Source: Candidatus Latescibacterota bacterium
GTDB lineage: Bacteria > Latescibacterota > UBA2968 > UBA8231
DNA: 64,000 nucleotides
Assembly: GCA_965215195.1 (NCBI GenBank)
Contig: CBDCDC010000002.1
Location: 3,488,001 to 3,552,000, forward strand
Direction: 5' to 3'
In this document: positions 59,198 through 64,000 of the stretch, piece by piece
Numbering within the stretch: the first letter of the stretch is position 1
Layout: each line of letters opens with the position of its first letter
Translations under genes and position numbers: made by a program
The notes under the pieces: model-generated
Database searches by the model: none
Told to the model about the DNA's origin: nothing
The model's input: the letters and a program-made list of their open reading frames with translations, nothing else

Positions 59198-60267
59198 ACT
59201 TCAAGTGCTTGAGTCAGGGCAACAGCTTCGCGCATCAGATGCGCCCGCTGGTCAATGTAATGCGGATCTTCGGGCCGCCCGACAAAAGAGTCGTCGAGCC
59301 GAGCGAGTTCCTCAATGAGATGCTGCCGCCGTTCCAGCGTCCGGGTGCGATCGGTGCTTGAGTATTGGCGGCTCAATGCCAGTGCGACACCACCCGCGAG
59401 GAATGCGCCTGCCAGCACAGCCCATTTGAGCGACCAACGCAGCGAGGGGGCAAAGGGTAAGGGAATCGCCACCTGCTGGCTTGGCTGTAGGTTTTCTATG
59501 GCAACTTTCCGGTATTGGCGGCCGTGCTGCTCAATAATACCTAGATCGATAAAAGGTGGTTTGATCTCCATGGAAGGGGGATCGAGAAAAACCTCCAAGC
59601 GGTTGGTAGGATAGATCACCTGATGCACATAGGGACTGGCGAATTTGCGTACGTCGATAGAAAAAGAAAAGCTCCGCTGCGAGCGGCCCGGAGGCAGAGG
59701 CTGGTTGTCGAAGAAACGGCCTTCTCCGGCTTGGTGAAGCAGACCCGAGTGGCTTTGGAGATTGAAGATGCTCTTTGGCAAGGCAAGCTCAGTCACTTGA
59801 CGCTCGCGCCCGTCGCCGTTGCCCGAGTAAGTGCGCTCTAGGGTGTTGTGAATTTGCAGGAGCTGGATACACTCAACCGCGTTCTCGCGCAAAGAGAAAA
59901 AGAGATGATGAGTACCGATGCGGATGCCAGAGGGATCGCTGGTCTTTTCGTAAACCTCGAGGATGATCTGTTGCTGTACACCGACCTCAAGGGTTGAGGA
60001 GAAGTAGGGGATGCCATCGTAGAAGGCGGCTAGCCCGAAGTGGAGTCCGCTCTGTAGGAAGGGACCGGCAAAAGAGAAGTGCCCCTCGGCGTCGGTCTCC
60101 TTGCGCCGCATCTCGAGAATCTGTCCGTCTTGGCGGACGTAGAAGGCCACGGGGATGCCCGGGACTCGCGCTTGGGTGAAGGGATTGAGTACATAACCGT
60201 TGATCGCCGCACCCCACAGATCGGAAGCACAAAGGACGACTGCGACGCAAAGCGAGCGCAGGGCCAT
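59194..60267 (-). CDS. Hypothetical exported protein (carboxypeptidase-regulatory-like domain) with C-terminal TM and helical tail
   Basis: Signal peptide, TDAEGHFSF, C-terminal TM followed by LIEELARLDD...Y...R; embedded in the ccm operon. Confidence 0.65.
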   Translation of the reverse strand: MALRSLCVAVVLCASDLWGAAINGYVLNPFTQARVPGIPVAFYVRQDGQILEMRRKETDAEGHFSFAGPFLQSGLHFGLAAFYDGIPYFSSTLEVGVQQQIILEVYEKTSDPSGIRIGTHHLFFSLRENAVECIQLLQIHNTLERTYSGNGDGRERQVTELALPKSIFNLQSHSGLLHQAGEGRFFDNQPLPPGRSQRSFSFSIDVRKFASPYVHQVIYPTNRLEVFLDPPSMEIKPPFIDLGIIEQHGRQYRKVAIENLQPSQQVAIPLPFAPSLRWSLKWAVLAGAFLAGGVALALSRQYSSTDRTRTLERRQHLIEELARLDDSFVGRPEDPHYIDQRAHLMREAVALTQALEV

Positions 60268-60270
60268 GGC

Positions 60271-60708
60271 TCAGCTAGGTTCCACTAGAGAGGACCCGCA
60301 TTGCGGACAGAACAGATCGCCCTCGCGGCGCAGGGTCCCGCAGCCGCGGCAACGAGGAACGGCGGTTTTTTGGCGCAGAGCCGCGACCTCGTCCTCTATG
60401 CGTCGTTCGAGTTGATGGCTGCCCGCGCCGTTGAGCCGATCCAACTCGCCTATAACTGCCAGCGTCTCGGCCTCCAACTCGGCGAAGAGGCGCTGAAAGT
60501 CCTCTGCGGACACTTTACCGAGCTTGTGGTCAAATTCCAACTCGACGATCTCGCCCAAGAGCTGCTCCTTGCGCTCAAAGAGCTGTCGCGTCTGCCCGCC
60601 CGCCGCACCCGCCCGCCCGCTCATTAGGAGGGGATGTCCCAGATAGAGCAATAGCCCCAATAGCAGGACGAGTGAACACAATATAGATAAGAGTTCCATC
60701 GCATTCAT
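60271..60708 (-). CDS. CcmI-like N-terminus plus zinc-ribbon protein
   Basis: N-terminal TM, ELEFDHKLGKVS.EDF, CRGCG...FCPQCG. Confidence 0.7.
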   Translation of the reverse strand: MNAMELLSILCSLVLLLGLLLYLGHPLLMSGRAGAAGGQTRQLFERKEQLLGEIVELEFDHKLGKVSAEDFQRLFAELEAETLAVIGELDRLNGAGSHQLERRIEDEVAALRQKTAVPRCRGCGTLRREGDLFCPQCGSSLVEPS

Positions 60709-60747
60709 TATATACGACCCTCGCAGGCCCGCACCTGTTCGGTCGAA

Positions 60748-63204
60748 CTAACCATCGTCGTAGTGATCCAGCTCTCGTCTCAGGCGAACCGCGTCTTGGC
60801 TATGGTCGGCTGGGGGGGGCTTGGACGGTAGAGGTGCTTGGCCGTGGTCCTTCCAGCGAACGAGCAGTGTGCGCACTAAGGCGACGCCAAACAAAAGAGC
60901 CACAAAGGGCGCGACCCAAGCTAGCAGGTTAAAGCCCTTTTGCGGTGGGGTGGCTAAGACCCGCAGGCCAAAACGCGCTACATAGCCATCGACGATCTGC
61001 TGCCGAGTCTGGCCTTGGTCTAGGGCTAAGCCAATTGCCTCGCGTTCGGGTACGGCGAAGTCGGTACAAAGACAGGTAGCTAGGGATTCCCGAGGGCAAT
61101 TACCGCAGAGACAGACCAACTCCTCAGCCACGCCTTTGATTTCCGCTGTTGTCGCCGCCCCTACCGGCGAGAAGCCCAAGGTCAACGCAACGAGTACGGA
61201 CACGTAGGTACGAGACCTCCGTGCGATGGCCGAGTCCATTGCGGTCTCCCGATCGATCCGAGCCAACCGCCGGTCTCGCGGCGTGGGCCACATCGCCCAC
61301 AGTGCGCCGAGCACTAGGACGACCGCACCGAGCCACACGAAGTTGATTAGCGGGTTGATATAGACTTGGAATTTGGTGCTCCGGTCTTCGGCAGACCCCA
61401 CTAGAATTACATAGAAGTCCTCGCGCCATGTCGAGTAAATGGAGACTTCAGTGGTACCTTGGTCAAAAGCCGGGTAGTAGCGTCGCTCCGGCAGCAGTGT
61501 GCCGAGGAATTGATCGTCGCGATGCAGGGCCAAGGCTGCGGCAGTAGTGCTATGGTTGGCGTTTTCTGCGAAGGCCAGCGACGCGAAAGTAATCTGGTAT
61601 TCGCCGACTTGATGCGAAGCCCCTTGGTCAAGGACGACTTCGGCTTCTTGGGTAAAGGCTTTGCCGGTGAAGCCAGCAAAGAGCAATACCAGCCCGAGGT
61701 GAGTCAAATACCCGCCGTAACGCCGCCGGTTCTTGGCGCAGAGGCGATACAATGCCACCGGATAAGGCTCGCCCGTACTGTGCATCCGCGCTCGCGCTCC
61801 AGCGTGGAACTCGGAAGTGAGCGCGACGAGGACGAAGACGCACAGCCCGAATGACAGCACGACATAGGGATCGCGTACGCCGATAGCAAAAAAGACCCCG
61901 CAAGAAAGTGCGCCCACCGTCACCGGGCGGGTGAAGTTTTTGCGCAGGCTTTCGCTGGAGGTGCGACGCCAAGCGAAGAGCGGACCAGCACCCGTCAACA
62001 ACAGGAGCACTAGGCCGATGGGAATCGTGACTTGGTTGAAAAAGGGGGGGCCGACTGTGATTTGCTCGTCGGTCAAGGCTTCGGAGACCAGCGGGAAGAC
62101 CGTGCCCCAGAACACGGCGAAGAGCATCCCCAAGAGAATCCAGTTGTTGAGCAAGAAAGCTGTCTCGCGCGAGGCAAAAGATTCCAAGCGGTTCTCGGCT
62201 TTGAGCAGGGGTACCCGCAGCCACAAAAGCCCAAAAGAAAAAATCAGCGTCAGGACTAGGAACGTGCCAAAAAAAGGGCCGATATTGGATTGGGCAAAAG
62301 CGTGAACCGAGGAGATGATGCCACTGCGGGTCATAAAGGTGCCGAACAGACACAGCGCGTACGTGAGGATCGCCAGTGCCACGTTCCATACCTTGAGCAT
62401 GCCCTTGCGCTCTTGAATCATAATCGAGTGCAGAAAAGCGGTGGCGATCAGCCAAGGCATCAGCGAGGAGTTCTCCACCGGATCCCACCCCCAATATCCA
62501 CCCCACCCCAGCTCGACATAGGCCCATTTGCCGCCTAGCAGGAGACCAAAGCCGAGAAAAGTCCAAGGAATGAGCATCCAGCGACGAGAAGCGCGGAGCC
62601 AAGTAGCGTCCAGCTTGCCGGTCAAGAGCGCGGCGATGGCAAAGGCAAAGGGTACGACCATGCCCACCATCCCCAAGTAGAGCATAGGCGGGTGAATGGC
62701 CATGACGGGGTGTTGTAGAATCGGATTGAGCCCGCGGCCGTCCTCTGGCGTAAAAGGGAGGCGCTGGAACGGGTCGGCGGCAAAGAGATGCACGATGCAA
62801 AAGAAGAAGCTGGTAAGGGATAGGGTCGCCATCGCGTAGGGCATCAATTCGCGATAGCGCCGGCGGTAGAGTGCTGCCAAGCCCGCCGAGTAGATGGATA
62901 GGATCCAGCCCCAAAACAACAGCGACCCGTTTTGCCCGCCCCACAGCGCCGTTATTAAATAGAACAAAGGCATGGCGCGATTGCTGTTTTCGGCCACGTA
63001 CTCGACTTGGAAGTCGTGGGAGATGAGAGCGTACCACAACGCGAGAACCGCCAGTGTCAACAGGGCACAGGTCGCCAAGACCCCGTTTTCGCCCGAGCGC
63101 ACTAGCCCCAAGTGGCCACGCCTCGCCCCGAAGGCCAACGCCAGAACCCCATAGCCGGACGCTAGAAGTGCCAAGCACAAGGCAAAAAAGCCGATAGCAA
63201 CCAT
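60748..63204 (-). CDS. ccmF: Heme lyase CcmF fused to a CcmH-like domain
   Basis: WGGQNGSLLFW, HPPMLYLG, WGGYWGWDPVEN, SSVHAF. C-terminal ELVCLCGNC...YVARFG..VL.TPP..GFN..AWV.P. Confidence 0.93.
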   Translation of the reverse strand: MVAIGFFALCLALLASGYGVLALAFGARRGHLGLVRSGENGVLATCALLTLAVLALWYALISHDFQVEYVAENSNRAMPLFYLITALWGGQNGSLLFWGWILSIYSAGLAALYRRRYRELMPYAMATLSLTSFFFCIVHLFAADPFQRLPFTPEDGRGLNPILQHPVMAIHPPMLYLGMVGMVVPFAFAIAALLTGKLDATWLRASRRWMLIPWTFLGFGLLLGGKWAYVELGWGGYWGWDPVENSSLMPWLIATAFLHSIMIQERKGMLKVWNVALAILTYALCLFGTFMTRSGIISSVHAFAQSNIGPFFGTFLVLTLIFSFGLLWLRVPLLKAENRLESFASRETAFLLNNWILLGMLFAVFWGTVFPLVSEALTDEQITVGPPFFNQVTIPIGLVLLLLTGAGPLFAWRRTSSESLRKNFTRPVTVGALSCGVFFAIGVRDPYVVLSFGLCVFVLVALTSEFHAGARARMHSTGEPYPVALYRLCAKNRRRYGGYLTHLGLVLLFAGFTGKAFTQEAEVVLDQGASHQVGEYQITFASLAFAENANHSTTAAALALHRDDQFLGTLLPERRYYPAFDQGTTEVSIYSTWREDFYVILVGSAEDRSTKFQVYINPLINFVWLGAVVLVLGALWAMWPTPRDRRLARIDRETAMDSAIARRSRTYVSVLVALTLGFSPVGAATTAEIKGVAEELVCLCGNCPRESLATCLCTDFAVPEREAIGLALDQGQTRQQIVDGYVARFGLRVLATPPQKGFNLLAWVAPFVALLFGVALVRTLLVRWKDHGQAPLPSKPPPADHSQDAVRLRRELDHYDDG

Positions 63205-63237
63205 AAAATGTCGGGAAAAGCCAAAAGGTGCTGTGGG

Positions 63238-63672
63238 CTAGCCGCTCGAGCTATTCATCGCCTGCACGTGGCCTTCATAGCTCTGTCCCTCGTACTTGGA
63301 GGGGCATTTGGCAAAGACGAGATCGGCGGCAAAAGTCTGGTCGGCTGGATGGTATTCGCCTTCGAGCACTACCAGTGCCTCGTCCTTGAAGGTATCGGGC
63401 AGCACGGTGTGTCCGACGTAGCGCACTCGCAGTGTGTGTTGCCCGTCGGTAATCGCGAATTCGGGGCGCGAGCGATACCGGTCCCACTCAATCGAACCGG
63501 GCACCACCGTGCTGCCGCCTAGCTGAATGCGCTGACCCTCGACCGTAGTTCCGTCCATCAGGGTTTGCAGCGTCATGTGGGTCGCCGTTGACTGTTGGAC
63601 GCCGGCAGCAAAAAGGTAGATCAAACCAGCGGCAACGACTAGGGAGCCGAGGGTGAATTTGTGCCGTCTCAT
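63238..63672 (-). CDS. ccmE: Heme chaperone CcmE (CxxxY variant)
   Basis: GSTVVPGS, LPDTFK, VVLEG, AKCPSKY. Confidence 0.92.
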   Translation of the reverse strand: MRRHKFTLGSLVVAAGLIYLFAAGVQQSTATHMTLQTLMDGTTVEGQRIQLGGSTVVPGSIEWDRYRSRPEFAITDGQHTLRVRYVGHTVLPDTFKDEALVVLEGEYHPADQTFAADLVFAKCPSKYEGQSYEGHVQAMNSSSG

Positions 63673-63741
63673 AGAAATAAATCTGCTCAATTTCCCTTTC
63701 TTGTGCAAACGAGTACGCCTGTTGGCGGGAAGTGGTCGCGC

Positions 63742-63999
63742 TCACACTTCGAGCACCTTGGGCAGGCTGGATAGGTTTTCGTAGCCGCCTTTGCAAACCA
63801 CGACCGTATCTTCGATCCGCACGCCTCCTAAGCCTCGGTAGTAGAGTCCCGGTTCCATCGTCACGACATGGCCCGACTCGAGCACGTCGCCGTGCGGGCC
63901 GATCTTCGGCCCCTCGTGGATCTCCAGACCTAGCCCGTGCCCCGTGCCGTGGAAGTATCCCTGCATATAGCCGTCTTTCTCTCCGGTCTCGTAGCCGGC
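63742..63999 (-). CDS. Xaa-Pro peptidase (M24), C-terminal part (5' partial)
   Basis: [27 protein letters not shown]. Confidence 0.9.
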   Translation of the reverse strand, partial: AGYETGEKDGYMQGYFHGTGHGLGLEIHEGPKIGPHGDVLESGHVVTMEPGLYYRGLGGVRIEDTVVVCKGGYENLSSLPKVLEV

Positions 64000-64000
64000 G

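Noticed and set aside
61628-63178. 516-aa alternative-frame ORF within ccmF
   Set aside because: It is Arg/Pro-rich off-frame sequence fully overlapping a well-supported gene.

Overview
This is the replication-origin region of a GC-rich bacterial chromosome. The many sulfatases and the proteins carrying a YPNPFN/FlgD-Ig C-terminal tail suggest a non-Bacteroidota FCB-group organism such as Latescibacterota (inference only). 1-27.7 kb is accessory and metabolic: a vanadium-haloperoxidase-like protein, two sulfatases, SCO and PCuAC copper chaperones, a squalene synthase, ABC transporters, UxuA-like and enolase-family dehydratases, an intact IS982-family element and several MITE/REP-like repeats. 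27.8-50.9 kb is core genome: tRNA-Gln/Ser/Ser, gyrA-gyrB-dciA-recF-dnaN-oriC-dnaA on the minus strand, then rpmH-rnpA-yidD-yidC-mnmE-(2 parS)-rsmG, a second DnaA-box cluster, pgsA-like, tmk, an S41 protease, rne/rng, rplU, rpmA and sucCD on the plus strand. 51-64 kb holds glycosyltransferases, tandem DUF151 nucleases and a variant cytochrome c maturation operon (CxxxY CcmE, CcmF-CcmH fusion). The best candidate for something undescribed is at 54.08-54.96 kb. An unannotated ~200-nt structured RNA (6S-like, with its own promoter and terminator) sits back-to-back with an XRE regulator, and both promoters carry a related 18-bp palindromic operator. No CRISPR array, rRNA or prophage was seen. All calls come from reading motifs by eye; no searches were run.
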